Source: Octopus vulgaris
Taxonomy: Eukaryota
Direction: 5' to 3'
DNA: 64,000 bases
Assembly (NCBI GenBank): GCA_951406725.2
Contig: OX597815.1
Coordinates: 210,738,001 to 210,802,000, forward strand
Below are positions 13,963 to 26,985 of the stretch, in pieces. The notes beneath the pieces were generated by a model. The model saw nothing but the letters and a program-made list of their open reading frames with translations. It had not been told where the DNA came from and searched no databases. The translations under genes were made by a program, and so were the position numbers. The first letter of the stretch is position 1, and each line of letters begins with the position of its first letter.

Positions 13963-15713
13963 GGGTGGATGCTAGTGGTAGCGATGATAGTAGTAGCACG
14001 GGTGGGGTGGGGTGGGGTGATGATCATCGTCGTAGTCATAGTGGTTGTCAAGGCTGTGGAAATTTATCAGTCACCCGCAAAAACATCTTTGGAAATTTGA
14101 GTCACAAATTTCACATCCACTTGGTTTCTTTCAGCAATTATCTCTCAGTCTGTCATCTTAACCTTTGCTACCACAAGACCATAAGAAGCAACAAGAAATT
14201 ATAACAGTTCGACGATGGATCACAACAGCAATATACTTGATGTTTCTAACAACTTTTATATCTCCCTCCTCAGCTCTATTCAGTAGCAATAATCTCTGAT
14301 AACTTACTGACAAATGTTGACAAGCTTGATTACTAGTTTTCAGCAGTTTTTAGTGTGACGTATGCTTAGCTGTCCTGTAGACTACATATCAACCATCTAT
14401 CCCAGTTTGTATAATTCTTTTAATGCGTTACACTGGCTGGTGGTTAATGAGACATCTCTCTGTCGCTTTATGAAAAGTATATGGTCATAAAAAATCTCTG
14501 TTACTCCTGGTCACTTAAAAACAGATATGAGTATCATTCATACTTAATTATAATAAAGTTATCGGTCGGATTTCTAAAATGTATTGTAATGTATTGTAGC
14601 TGTTGAAATATTTTGCAACAAAGCATTCTGGGGGAACGTATTCTATTTTAATAACCATTTATTAGATTCAAATGTATGTGATCCATAAAGCAATCAAATG
14701 CATAGCGAGCTTTATCATGAATAATCTTCATTATTGTTCCCAGCACGCTTTTAAATCCCGTGTGTCCTTGGTAATTACCTGACAAATAACTGTTTTTGCG
14801 AACGACCTAGTTATTTTTGCCAATTCTTTGAGACATACCTTGCCTATTTTGTGTGATATTAGCTGCTATTGGAATACTTCTTATTTCATTATCTCAGATT
14901 AAGTGTCTATATTTGATTCCAGGATTTAACAAAAGTATTTGTCTTGATCTTCCTGATTTTAGATAATTGTATTTTTCTCTATTTCACACTCAAATTATTT
15001 CTTCATACCTCTGTGCTCTGTAAACTGGGTTCCTCCTGTGCACGCATTCTGTCTCTTTTTCTATTTCTCTTCGATGCAAACACTTCATGAGCTGCAAATC
15101 TCTCAATCATATTCGTTGTTATATTAGCATTCATAGAGATCAAAATCTGCTGTTGATGTGTTGTTATTCTCAACAGGAAATTTCAGGTCATCTTTAACTC
15201 CCCAGAAAAACATTAATAACATTGGCTCAGTAATAAGTGAATGTCAGCCATATTGTTTCCATTGTATGACTTTTCCTTCACTTATTCAGTATTCTAACAG
15301 TGGGCATTGAACATTGAAATGATAAAAGCAAGTATCTATGGATACCGCGGCCTAGGACAAATTTTGTATTAAAAGTGTCTGCAGACATTCAGTTATAGAA
15401 ATCTACTTAGAAGTATACCAAGTCGGATTTAAGCATAATTTACAGGAATGATATAGTATTATTCCGTCAAATTTATTGATAATTTCATATTAATATCTAA
15501 AGAAAGATCTTTATTAGTTACACGATCCAACGTGTCTAATTATGATATATTTCCTCAACGTTTGCGATGTTTACCGTAAAACGAACTCTTTGTTTACAAC
15601 GCTTGCCATCAACATTTCACAGATGACTGAAAATAACCTGGAAATAAATATTTCTTTCAGCAACAGATGTTACCGTTTGCATCCTGTTGGGTTGCATTAT
15701 ATGATGTTGATAG

Positions 15714-15915
15714 GGCGGCGAGCTGGCAGAAACGTTAGCGCGCCGGGCGAAATGCTGACGTTCTGACGTTCTGAGTTTAAATTCCGCCGAGGTCGACTTT
15801 GCTTTTTATCCTTTCGCATTCGATAAATTGAGTACCAGTTACATACTGGAGTCGATCTAATCGGCTGGCCCTCTCCCCACAAATTTCGGGTATTGTGCCT
15901 TGATTAGAAAAGAAT
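15714..15915 (+). mobile_element. SINE family B
   Basis: GGCGGCGAGCTGGCAGAAACGTTAGC head plus Nin/Deu-like domain. Confidence 0.85.
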
Positions 15916-18276
15916 ATTTAAGGTATTCACAGCTTTTTATTTTTACCAACGCAGAAACATTTCTTTGATAATTCTTTTTTTCAGATCCACCTTTTACTGC
16001 ATTTTAAGTTGCCAACCTCTTCTGTTAATTCTTTTACAGGCCATCACCACTTATATCGGACTGTGGATAAGGCTTTATATCTTCTTAAAATAACTATTTT
16101 CTCATTTTTTTCTCATGTTGATAAATCAATTTTTTGTTCTATTGCACATTTTCCCCCCGTAAATTGTCATACACATCCCCTTTTAGCAAACTGCCTGTTT
16201 CTACTTGTTTGGGACGGAATCTGCAAACGCCCACAATATATCAAATACCAGCAATTTTATAATCTAAGTTTTCTATATTAATTCTCAATATTATTAATAT
16301 CAGCTGTCAACTCATTTGTCCTAGATTGCAGACTGACGAAATTAAAAATAGTCTGTATTATCAGAAAATATGTTAATCATATTTATGGAGCTAATTATAT
16401 TTCTCGTCTCCGAGGAGAAGCAAATTCAAACAATTCTCGAGCCGAGTATTTCTTAAAAGAAGTTAGAAGTGTATTGAATAGTTGTAAACGGAATTGAGAA
16501 GTATTTTCAAAAAGGTTGAAGATTAGAATGACTGTAATAGATATAATGTTCCTTAATAATATTCAGATGCTAATATTTGAATATCCTCTTCAGTTAAAAG
16601 GATTTATGCAATATTACTCAATATGATTGACATGAACATCCATAATCAATTCTTGGACAAATATTTTATACTTTTCTCACACTGTATCATCTTTTCTCCC
16701 ATAAATAGCAACTTTTGACCCTCTGAACAAAGATGGACAGCAGTAACTAAATTTGTACATATATTATCACGTGGTTTATTTCATTTGACGACATGGACAT
16801 AGCGATTCAAGTAACATAGTGAGGGCTTTTAATTCTTGGAATATTGCTTCAAAACCAATCTTTTAATTATTCAATTCATATTTTCCAATTCCAAGAATAG
16901 TAATACAAGCCAACACTGATAAATCTTAAGCCTCTTATACATGAAAACAACGTATTGAAGATGATTATTGTAGCAATTATATTTGTGCTCTGTGATATTA
17001 TTTATAAAAACGTAGTGTACTTAAACAATTTATGAATGTAATTCTTTCATCTTATCGTTCTAACACCTTCATTCTACGTGTCATAAACATTTCTGCACAG
17101 CTGGTTTTGTACTATTGGAAGAATTCGTCTTTCTGTAATAATTCTGTCCAATTTGATCAATAAATATCCCTTTTGCAGCTGACAGATCGTTTTCCTGATT
17201 CTGCAAGAATGGCCGCTAAGTTTGGGTGATTGGTGCCTACAAAACTTTATGCTAACTCAATAGAATAAAACGGTAAAATAACATTGCAACGAGCATAATT
17301 GGTGACTAAGTATGTATGTGCATGCACGTATACGTTTTGTATATTTGCTTAATACTCAGCTCATGAAAGTAGATCTTCTAAACGGAGAAACATGTTTGTT
17401 CAAGCAAAATCCATTACAGATGCATGTGTGTCTATGTTGATTGATTGTAATTCAATAATAGCGAACTTTATGTCTTCAAAAGTAAAAAAAAAAGTAAGTG
17501 CTTTTTGTAATTGTATATAAATATCGCCAGTTATTGGCAATTTAGATGAAGCATCATTGAGGCAATGCATGCAAAATCTGTACGGTGATTACGGTATTTC
17601 AGGAGTCTAAAGTTATAACTGATGTTTTGATTTCAAATTCTTTCCTTATTTAAGGTTGACATGAAAAAGTCATTCGTTAACGTAAACTCAATTCTTTGAC
17701 AATAACAAAAAACTAATTGCTTCTTGCATTTGATGAAACTGTTTCTTTATTTGAAGTCTGAAATCAATATGACCACTCGTGAAATGAGACAGCCAAACGA
17801 CGGCATGCATATGTAGACTTATACCTACAAAGACACAGAAAACAATAATGGGAAATATCCATTGCTGTTTGCAGGATGGAATAAGAATAGAATAAGATAG
17901 AAGTTGCGAGAAAAGTTGATTCCGTTGGGCAAATTATTTTAAAAATTAAAATATAGCACTCAATGACCAGGGGAAGAAGTATCTGATTGACTATTAAGGG
18001 GCTAGGACAAAGGTAAGAGTGTTAATCTACACGATGCATTGAGTAGCAAGTTCATTCTTTAACAAAACAGTAACTAGTTCTACAAAGTTTTTTAAATGAC
18101 TGGACACACACACACACATATGTATAGAGAGAGAGGGGGAGAGAGGTGAGGGAAAGAGAGAACGAGAGAGAGTGGGGAGATAATTATGCAGATAAACAAA
18201 TTAGGTACATCAAATATATTAAATATATTAGTTTGGGTATGAAATACAAAGTATTATATATATATATATATATATA

Positions 18277-18693
18277 CGCAGGAGTGGCTGTGTGGTAAGT
18301 AGCTTACTAACCAACCACATGGTTCCGGGTTCAGTCTCAGTGCGTGGCATCTTGGGCAAGTGTCTTCTACTATAGCCCCGGGCCGACCAATGCCTTGTGA
18401 GTGAATTTGGTAGACGGAAACTGAAAAGAAGCCCGTCGTATATATGTATATGTATATATATATGCATGTGTGTGTTTGTGTGTCTGTGTTTGTCCCTCTA
18501 GCATTGCTTGACAACCGATGCTGGTGTGTTTATGTCCCCGTTACTTAGCGGTTCGGCAAAAGAGACCAATAGAATAAGTACTGGGCTTACAAAAGAATAA
18601 GTCCCGGGCTCGAGTTGCTTGATTAAAGGCGGTGCTCCAGCATGGCCTCAGTCAAATGACTGAAACAAGTAAAAGAGTAAAAGAGTAAAAGAG
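18277..18693 (+). mobile_element. SINE family A, full length
   Basis: Head, CORE-like TCTTGGGCAAGTGTCTT, central TA/TG tract, (AAAAGAGT)n tail. Confidence 0.92.
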
Positions 18694-18724
<31 letters not shown>

Positions 18725-18735
18725 TATATAGAAGG

Positions 18736-18786
18736 AGCTTCTACAGGACTAGAACTGTTTCATTCAAGAGAAATCTTCAGGAAGCT
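18736..18786 (-). ncRNA. Type I hammerhead ribozyme (left arm of inverted repeat)
   Basis: AGCTTC-CTGAAGA-t-TTC-tctt-GAA-t-GAAA-CAG-ttctagtc-CTG-TA-GAAGCT. Confidence 0.8.
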
Positions 18787-19060
18787 AGTTAACAAGAATT
18801 GTATTGGCATTTATACATTTAGGCAGGTTTATAGGGGTGGTGGTGGGGGACTTTTTTGGGGGTAGGCATAGCGCAAAAAAATCATACTTGGGGGAGTGGT
18901 CAAGGAGTCAGTGGTAAATTAGATAGAAGAATAAATAAAAGAATAAAAAAAGAATAAAAAAATAAAAATATATAAAATTATATAGAAGAATAGAGTTTTA
19001 GGTAAATAAGGAAATTCTCAACACACACACATATACATACACACATACATACACACACAC

Positions 19061-19103
<43 letters not shown>

Positions 19104-19119
19104 TATACATACATATATC

Positions 19120-19165
<46 letters not shown>

Positions 19166-19171
19166 CATATG

Positions 19172-19227
<56 letters not shown>

Positions 19228-19243
19228 GATATATGTATGTTTA

Positions 19244-19278
<35 letters not shown>

Positions 19279-19553
19279 GGGTGTGTGTGTATGTATGTGT
19301 GTATGTATATGTGTGTGTGTTGAGAATTTCCTTATTTACCTAAAACTCTATTCTTCTATATAATTTTATATATTTTTTAATATTTTATTCTTTTTATTCT
19401 TTTATTTATTCTTCTATCTAATTTACCACTGACTCCTTGACCACTCCCCCAAGTATGATTTTTTTGCGCTATGCCTACCCCCAAAAAAGTCCCCCACCAC
19501 CACCCCTATAAACCTGCCTAAATGTATAAATGCCAATACAATTCTTGTTAACT

Positions 19554-19603
19554 AGCTTCCTGAAGATTTTCTTGAATGAAACAGTTCTAGTCCTGTAGAA
19601 GCT
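19554..19603 (+). ncRNA. Type I hammerhead ribozyme (right arm of inverted repeat)
   Basis: AGCTTC-CTGAAGA-ttttcttgaat-GAAA-CAG-ttctagtc-CTG-TA-GAAGCT; 6-bp stem I, weaker stem II. Confidence 0.75.
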
Positions 19604-19689
19604 CCTTCTATATAATAAATTAATTTTACTCTGCTATGTATTGAGTACCTTATTTACTGTGGTTAACCCCGAATCAACCCGGGACCTAC

Positions 19690-19740
<51 letters not shown>

Positions 19741-19759
19741 TGTATATGTATATCTATAA

Positions 19760-20188
19760 ATGCAAAACAAGAGAAAGCAGAAGGCGAGACTTTCAGATGA
19801 GGAATTTTTAAGTATAAATATATAAACATTTATATTAATATCTCCAACTTAGACAGAATACAAAAGACAGAGGAATTTAAACGGGTAGCGAAAAGGTGTT
19901 TTAAGTCCAACGGCTGTTTTGGAACGCTCAGCGATCCATAATAACGTTGGTAGATTTCGTTCATCACAATATCCGGCCATGATGAACTAAATTCACCAGC
20001 ATTATTATTGGTCGCCAAACCTCCAGAAATAGCTGTTTGACTTTTAACACCTTTTTTTACCACCCCTTTAACTTTCTCTATCATTTGTACTCTGTGTATT
20101 TTGGACTTATTAATATAAATGTCTATATATTTATACTCAAACATTCATCGTCTCGAAGTCTCCACCTTTTGTTTCTCTCGTTTTACAT
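19760..20188. mobile_element. Diverged fold-back element with eroded HHR-like motifs in both arms
   Basis: Arms pair around about 19973; each has TGATGAAC...CCA(G)AAA(C/T)AGC(T/C)GTT. Confidence 0.6.
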
Positions 20189-20224
20189 GTAAACATATAT
20201 TCTCTTAATCTTTTTCTTTGGCTT

Positions 20225-20585
20225 GTTCTAGTCATTTGATTGCGGCGATGCTGGAGTAACACATTTCGTCGAGCAAATCGACTCCAGGACTTATTCTTTC
20301 TAAGCCTAGTACTTCCGATATCAGTTTCTTTTGCCGAACCGCAAAGTTATGGAGAGGTAAACACACCAACCCCAGTTGTCAAGTGAGGGTGGGAGATAAA
20401 CACAGACACACACACTTAAATGCACACACACATACACACACATATATACGACGCGCTTATTTCAGTTTTCGTTTACCCAAGTCTTTGGTCGACCTGAGGC
20501 TGTAGTAGAAGACACTTGCCCAAAGTGCCACGCAGAGGGACTGAACCCGAAACCATGTGGGTGGAAAGCAAGCTTCTTACCACAA
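20225..20585 (-). mobile_element. SINE family A, degenerate
   Basis: TTGCCGAACCGC and GAAGACACTTGCCCAA motifs in reverse orientation. Confidence 0.85.
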
Positions 20586-20960
20586 AGAGTTCTGAAGTCC
20601 ATATTTCCTTTGTTTGGCTGTAATATTCTTTAGTGACACGTTTTGGTACATCGAAAGATGTTTTCATCCGCATCTAGATACTTGTAACATTCCTTATCAG
20701 ATATAGGGGAAACAGTCGCGACATTCATGGAGATGTTGCTAGTGTCGTTTACAGTTTTCCCTCATTTCTCAGCCATACAACAATATTTATCCTAAACAAA
20801 CTCCAACCCTATATCCCTTGAGAATGTCGTAATCAGGTCGTTTGCATCTCTGGCATATTCTTGGCATACAGTTTCAAGTGATCCACGAAGAAACAGTGTG
20901 TAATTCTGGCATTTCTATTTCTTTGTGAACCAGTGAGATACCCTTCTGACTGCCTTCTGT
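20586..20960 (-). mobile_element. R4/Dong-type non-LTR RT fragment, degenerate
   Basis: Manual translation ITHCFFVDHLKLYAK...ITTFSRDIGLEF, YKYL, KEYYSQTKEIWTSEL matches R4-clade RT motifs (HLLF/Y.DDLKLY, FS.DIG..FG). Confidence 0.75.
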
Positions 20961-21931
20961 ATGTATGTATGTATGTATGTATGCATGTATGTATGTATGC
21001 ATGCATTTGTGCTCACACTGAATTAAACGATTGATTTGGCAGTGGGATATCTACGAACAGCTGCCATATAAAACTTAATAATTTATGAAGGCTCAAGCTT
21101 ACTTGATGCAGATAGGCAGAAGGAAGTTCTAACTTGCGAGACTGACAGTTTTAATGAAAAAAAAACAATGATTAGCTAAATTACAAATTCCTGACAAAAA
21201 GCTTTTTTCTGAGTTAGACATTTAATTGTTTTCATGTCCCTAACTTCACTAAGTATGACAACACCTAGTTCAATATATCATGCTAATATACACACATACT
21301 TGTAGAAAAGGAAAGCCTGCTGACAAACCTCTTTTACGGTTTGTTGGTTAGCCTCAAACTCTTCTCTTTCTTGATGCATCAACAGCATGAAAATAATACT
21401 CGCACATTCATATTACACCCACGTTAAGTCTTTCTAGCATTTACATTTAATGCAGTTTTTCTTCTACTGTTTCGTTGAAAGTAGATAATGTTTGCTTACT
21501 GGCCTGCAACTAAAATAGCAGTAATGATATTCAGATTAGACTATCAGCTAATGAGGTAGCCTATCTCATGCTTGTTTTATATAGCATTGACTTCTGCAAT
21601 TGGGAGTGGGAGTAATGTCCCCCGTGAGAATGTTTTCCCTGGTGAGCGATCAACAAACCATGAACTCACTGTTTAAAGTTTCACACGCTCCCTCATTAGA
21701 TGCAAAACAAAAAAGAGAATGTGTTTGTTTTCTTACTACAGTCATAGAGATGCTCTATATAGATACTTTAATAGACTTATACTTCATTTCATGTGATGTA
21801 CGGTACATATATATATCACGTGATCACGTGGCCGACCAGGCTATCAGATGTTGCTACACATCGCTAGTTACAATGCGCTTCGCATTGTTTTAGCCTTCAA
21901 ATGACGCCATCCCGCAGGCTAAGCGAGCAGG

Positions 21932-21967
<36 letters not shown>

Positions 21968-22091
21968 GCAAAATAATTGAGATTCAGATTAATTAGGTAC
22001 GTCAGTTGAGACATCAAAAGTTAGTGTGGTATTATCCATACAATTTCAAAATAAGTTGAGTAAAATCAAAATAAGCAACAAAATATCCAGA

Positions 22092-22175
22092 GCAGTACGA
22101 CCGTTTCAAGCGGCTTTATTTAATTGAACAATGCAATCATTACATCAATTTAAATGAAGATTTATCCTCAGCTAC
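22092..22175 (-). ncRNA. Hammerhead motif with long domain II (left arm of inverted repeat 22065-22412)
   Basis: GTAG-CTGAGGA-(about 57 nt)-GAAA-CGGTCG-TA-CTGC. Confidence 0.6.
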
Positions 22176-22293
22176 ATTTATATATATAAATAGAATTGAT
22201 TTAGTCAGTCGGACACATATGTATAATTTTACTTAAAACCTCTTAGAGGGTAAGAAAGCAGACAAAGTCCATACTGTTTTCACTTATTTAATT

Positions 22294-22381
22294 ATGCAGC
22301 TGAGGATAGCTCTGCATTTAAACTGATGCAATAATTGCGTTGGTCAATTAAATGGAGCCGCTTGAAACTGTCGTATAGCAT
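22294..22381 (+). ncRNA. Hammerhead motif with long domain II (right arm)
   Basis: ATGCAG-CTGAGGA-taGCTC...GAGCcgctt-GAAA-C-tgtc-G-TA-taGCAT. Confidence 0.55.
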
Positions 22382-22410
22382 CGCCTCTGGATATCCTGTT
22401 GCTTATTTTG

Positions 22411-22442
<32 letters not shown>

Positions 22443-23090
22443 GTTAGTTAGTTAGTTAGTTAGTTAGTTAATTTGGCTCAAAAGCAAATAGCAAGGCCAT
22501 GTAGGGGGACATGGAGTTAAGTACAGGGTGGTGTTCATGTAAAGAGTTCAGGCCACTTGAGGTCCAGGGAGGCTTTGAACAAAGCGGTCGTCGGCATCTT
22601 CACCATCTCGTCTGGCAGCTTGTTCCACGGATCCGCAACCCGGACGGAGAAAGCCCCTCTCCTTCGATTGAGATGAAATCGTCGCAGATGGAGCTTTTCG
22701 GAGTGACCCCTCAGCCGACGCTCTGGAGCAGGAGTGAAGAACAGCTCTTTCGAGAGGTTACACTTTCCGCTTATGATGTTGTGGGCGAGAATGAGATCAC
22801 CACGGCGGCGGCGTTTTTCAAGAGAATAAAGGTCGAGCGTCCTCAGCCTTTCTTCGTAGGACAAATTTTTGAGACCATGAACCATGCGGGTAGCCAGCTT
22901 CTGGACTCTTTCGAGATGCTGTATGTCTTTGAGGAGATAAGGAGAAGAGGCTTGAATCCCATACTCCAATATGGGTCTCACCAGCGTGACATAGAGTGGT
23001 AAGAATATGGCTGCTGTGAGCATTCCGAATGACCGTCGAATCAAGAACAGAATTCCGCGTGCTTTGTTGGCAGCATGGACGCACTGGGCC

Positions 23091-23093
<3 letters not shown>
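22443..23093 (-). mobile_element. 3' fragment of the same CR1/L2-type LINE
   Basis: ORF 22535-23044 nearly identical to the C-terminus of the other copies; (TTAG)n tail; inserted in a TA tract. Confidence 0.95.
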
Positions 23094-23119
<26 letters not shown>

Positions 23120-23125
<6 letters not shown>

Positions 23126-23853
23126 ATTATATTCGTGTGTTTTTTTCTCTTTTCTTTATTCCTCTCTTCCTGTTTTCGATTTGACCTTACAAATACATTC
23201 CTTACTTTTAGGTCTCTTTAAATAGAACCCTTGATTCAATAGCCATATGTACAAACTTTATACTTGGAATGACCAATCTTAGATACTATTGGATTTTACT
23301 CACAAGTTACTCCAATCTTATATGTATGCCATTCTGCCTAAATAATGGATCTACAACTGCAATATCTCTGCATATCTTACATCTATCTGCCTTCCTCCAC
23401 TTCATTCTCTATTTCGTATCTTATCTAAATTGACATTTGCTTAACCATTTTCTCACACCGTCTCCGATGAAGGGATATAATAAATATCCTGGAAACAGCT
23501 GTAAAACCTTCTAATTATAAATGTTCTAAAATATTTACAGCCTTGTTTTTTTTGTATCTCATTCTGAAAAAACTGTTTTTGTATATACACACGCTGATAT
23601 ATGACCTACGTTGGATTCCTTATTCGCAGAATCACCGAACCTGGAACTTAACTATTGTCTATCCATACCTCTTACTCAGCATTACCTGATACCTTTGGGT
23701 CTCACTGACACCACTACCTCTCATAACCTCCTATATATATATATATATATATATACATAATCGCTGAATCTGGAACTATGGTCTATCCATAGTACTTATT
23801 CAGCATTACTTGACACCTTTGGGTCTCACTGACACCATTACCTCTCATAACCT
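23120..23853 (+). mobile_element. PLE-like pLTR fragment with partial tandem duplication
   Basis: Contains an HHR motif; about 23630-23732 is repeated at about 23760-23853; TA flanks. Confidence 0.6.
23460..23507 (+). ncRNA. Degenerate hammerhead ribozyme
   Basis: GTCT-CCGATGA-a-GGGATA-taataaa-TATCCT-g-GAAA-C-agct-G-TA-AaAC; U4>C and one stem I mismatch. Confidence 0.7.
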
Positions 23854-23894
23854 CTCTCTCTCTCTCTCTTTCTCTCTATCTCTCTCTCTCTCTA

Positions 23895-23930
<36 letters not shown>

Positions 23931-24842
23931 CATGAGTACACATTGCCAGCTAACCATAAGAATGTGCATATATCCATATACACAGACACAGTGGCACGGT
24001 TAATTAACCATATCTAGTATATAAACAATATATTCGTTCGTAGAAAATATTTGATACAGCTATATATGCACACGCACGCACGCACACACATACACACACA
24101 TATATTTATATATACTTCTATACATATTCACACACACACATATATATATACACCAATACCTTTTTATGTGTGTGTCTATGTGTGTACACGTGTTATTTGA
24201 ATGACAGATACTGATGAGTTTAGGGTTTCATGTAGATTATCATCGTCTAGTCTGCTTCCAGGATATCGGTTTGATTACTTCTCTACATACTACTGTTACT
24301 ATCTATGATATAAACAAGTGAAGGATAAATTATGATAAGCACAAGTTGATAACACAAGTTTATATTATTATGAACAAATGTTATAAACTTGAGTATGTAT
24401 ATATATGCATATGAGTGTGTGAGTATGTGTGTGGATGGGTTTGGCTTTATGTATATATACTTGAAATTCTTTAACCAAACTTTCAAACTAATAATACTTT
24501 ACGCATTTGCGTATAAATATCTAAATACCCATACCTAGTGACGTATATGTATTATTATCCCGTGTTTGTTACAATTCTGTATGTTCCTTCGTCAGTGTGA
24601 TTTTATATGTTGCAGTTCATGTTTCATTTCTATGAGAATTGATGAATGGTTTATTGATAAAAATCTGAAACAATAAACAATACTGTCTGACCACTTAATA
24701 AATATTTCCGCTCCGTTTTATTATCTTTTGTAATATTACCTTTGTATGTTTCAGCTAAGTTAAACAGGTCTGTTGCTAATATAAGAACTGATACTACGCA
24801 TGTGGGTATGTGTGTGTGTTATGAGCAGACATATGCGTGTGC

Positions 24843-24890
<48 letters not shown>

Positions 24891-24903
24891 ATGTATGTAT
24901 TTG

Positions 24904-24943
<40 letters not shown>

Positions 24944-25285
24944 TATATATATGTATGTATGTATGTATGTATGCATGTATATATATATATAGATATATAT
25001 ACACACACATATATATATGTATGTATGTATATATATATATATATATATATTTGAAAATCATAGGTCGAAAATATTTTCGCGGAATGACATATTTGTTAGG
25101 ATGTATATTTAAAGAAAAGTGAATTTTTTGAAAATCACGTTTTCTTGAACAAATTCATGAAAAGATAAAAAAAAAAAACATCTGCATAAAAAATACGCAG
25201 AAATACATCTTCGTAGAAAGACTTAGAAGTCTTTTGAAGCAACTCGACGACAATTCTTTATGATACGAAAAAGCTTTAATGAAAT

Positions 25286-25501
25286 AGGCGTGGCTGTGTG
25301 ATAAGAATTGACACCCCGACTAAATGTTTCCTGCTTCAGTACCATTGCGTCACATCTTGGGCAAGTGTCTTCTACTATAGCATCGGGCTGACCAAAGCCT
25401 TGTCAGTGGATTTGGTAGACGGAAATCTATGTGCCTATCTGTCTGTATGTCTATCTGTTTACATTCATATCCATTTACCTACTTATATACGTATAATATA
25501 C

Positions 25502-25545
<44 letters not shown>

Positions 25546-25784
25546 GTATACTTATATATATATACATCAAGTGTAAACAAAAGAGATGGAGAAAGGCAGA
25601 AACAAGGAAAATGCCTCTTATATTTGAAGACTATACAAATATTCCTTTAAAAAACTTTTCCTTTAATTTTTCTAAATTTAATTATTTAATCGTTACAGTT
25701 GAAAAGGTTTCAAAATGACCGAAACCGGTACTGAAATGTTCTTTATAAAATTATTTTAGCATTTTCTCTCTTGACTTGTTTTTT

Positions 25785-25817
<33 letters not shown>

Positions 25818-26122
25818 ACACATATATACACACACAGGCACAAATATAACAGCTCGCCAACTATTCTAATAGTATATATATATAAACTGTGTCTATGTAT
25901 GTATATGTATATTTCTATTGTGTTTGTGCCTGTGTTTGACCCCACCACCGCTTGACAGCCTGTTTGGTGCCTTTACGCCCCCGTAAAATAGCGGTTCGGC
26001 AAAAAACAGTATCAGAATAAATACTAGGCTTAAAACCCAAAATAAATGCTGGGGTTGATTTATTCGACTAAAAATTCTTCAAGGCGTTGCCCCAGCATGG
26101 CCGCAGTCTAACGATTGAAACA
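25286..26122 (+). mobile_element. SINE family A whose central TA tract hosts an HHR-bearing insert
   Basis: 5' half at 25286-25430 and 3' half at about 25920-26122. Confidence 0.8.
25696..25733 (+). ncRNA. Minimal hammerhead ribozyme, U3-A8 core variant
   Basis: CAG-TTGAAAA-GGTT-tcaaaat-GACC-GAAA-CCGG-TA-CTG. Confidence 0.7.
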
Positions 26123-26399
26123 GGTTATGGGTAGAAGCATAAGGGAATTATTCTCTAAACTTTGCGTGAAGAGGCGAATTATATAAAGTTATACGTCAGC
26201 AGAAATATATCAGGTTATCTCTTAAATAATTGTTCAAAATATCATGAATGTAACTTCTATCAAATTTTACAGTATTCTAAAATATCAAATGGTAGTGATT
26301 GATACTCATATGAATTTGGAAACCTTTAACTTAATATAATCCCTTTTTACAGAATAATCTGACTGAATTAATTGTTAATATTAACCCCTGAAAGATGAA

Positions 26400-26985
26400 C
26401 GTTTCGAAGGTGTATTTAAGGCAGAATGCATTATAAGTTGGAGAAGATGATTTGTAAAGTTCAGAAATTGTGACTGCAGCCTAAGAGAGAGGCCATATAG
26501 CTTCAGAAGGATAATGCTGTGTCAGTTGAAAAATTTATAAGCAAGTTCAATTCAAGCCATTCAGTTGTTCACCGCCATATTCAGCAGCTTGGAATGGTGC
26601 CTAAACTCGGAAAATAGGTTTCTCATGATTTGACAGCAGCCAACTGAACATCACGAGTGGACATCTGCTCCTCATTCCACTCTCGTGAATGTGTCGCACT
26701 ATTTTTGGACAGATTAGTGACAAATGGTGAAAAATGGATGTTTTATAAAAATGTTAAGCCTCCGAGTCAACTACAACCCAAAATAGACAACCATACAAAA
26801 ACGGCTCTTCTTCCTGTTTAGTAGGATTGCATTGGTGTCATCCACGTTGAGCTGCTACCAACTAGTGTAACAATTACTGCTCACTCCTATTGCCAACAAT
26901 TAGACTGCTTGGATGCCACCTCGAAGAAAACAAAAAGAGTCGTGTTTCATCATGATAATGCAAAGCTCCACACAACTATCTCCGC
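26400..26985 (+). mobile_element. Degenerate mariner transposase remnant
   Basis: Homologous to the 52803-53818 mariner: GK*VSHDL, VTNGEKW, FHHDNA motifs. Confidence 0.8.

Larger units (their letters stand above)
18719..19620. repeat. About 900-bp near-perfect inverted repeat centred on (TA)n
   Basis: 18719-19020 is the reverse complement of 19320-19620 with very few differences; the inner microsatellite is also mirrored. Confidence 0.95.

Noticed and set aside
14900-17260. Patches of coding-like composition on the minus strand
   Set aside because: All frames are interrupted by stops and no family motif is recognisable
24205-24240. CTGATGA core-like string (similar cases at about 9276, 16334, 37531, 47793 and 49629)
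   Set aside because: No properly placed GAAA/UH with pairing stems
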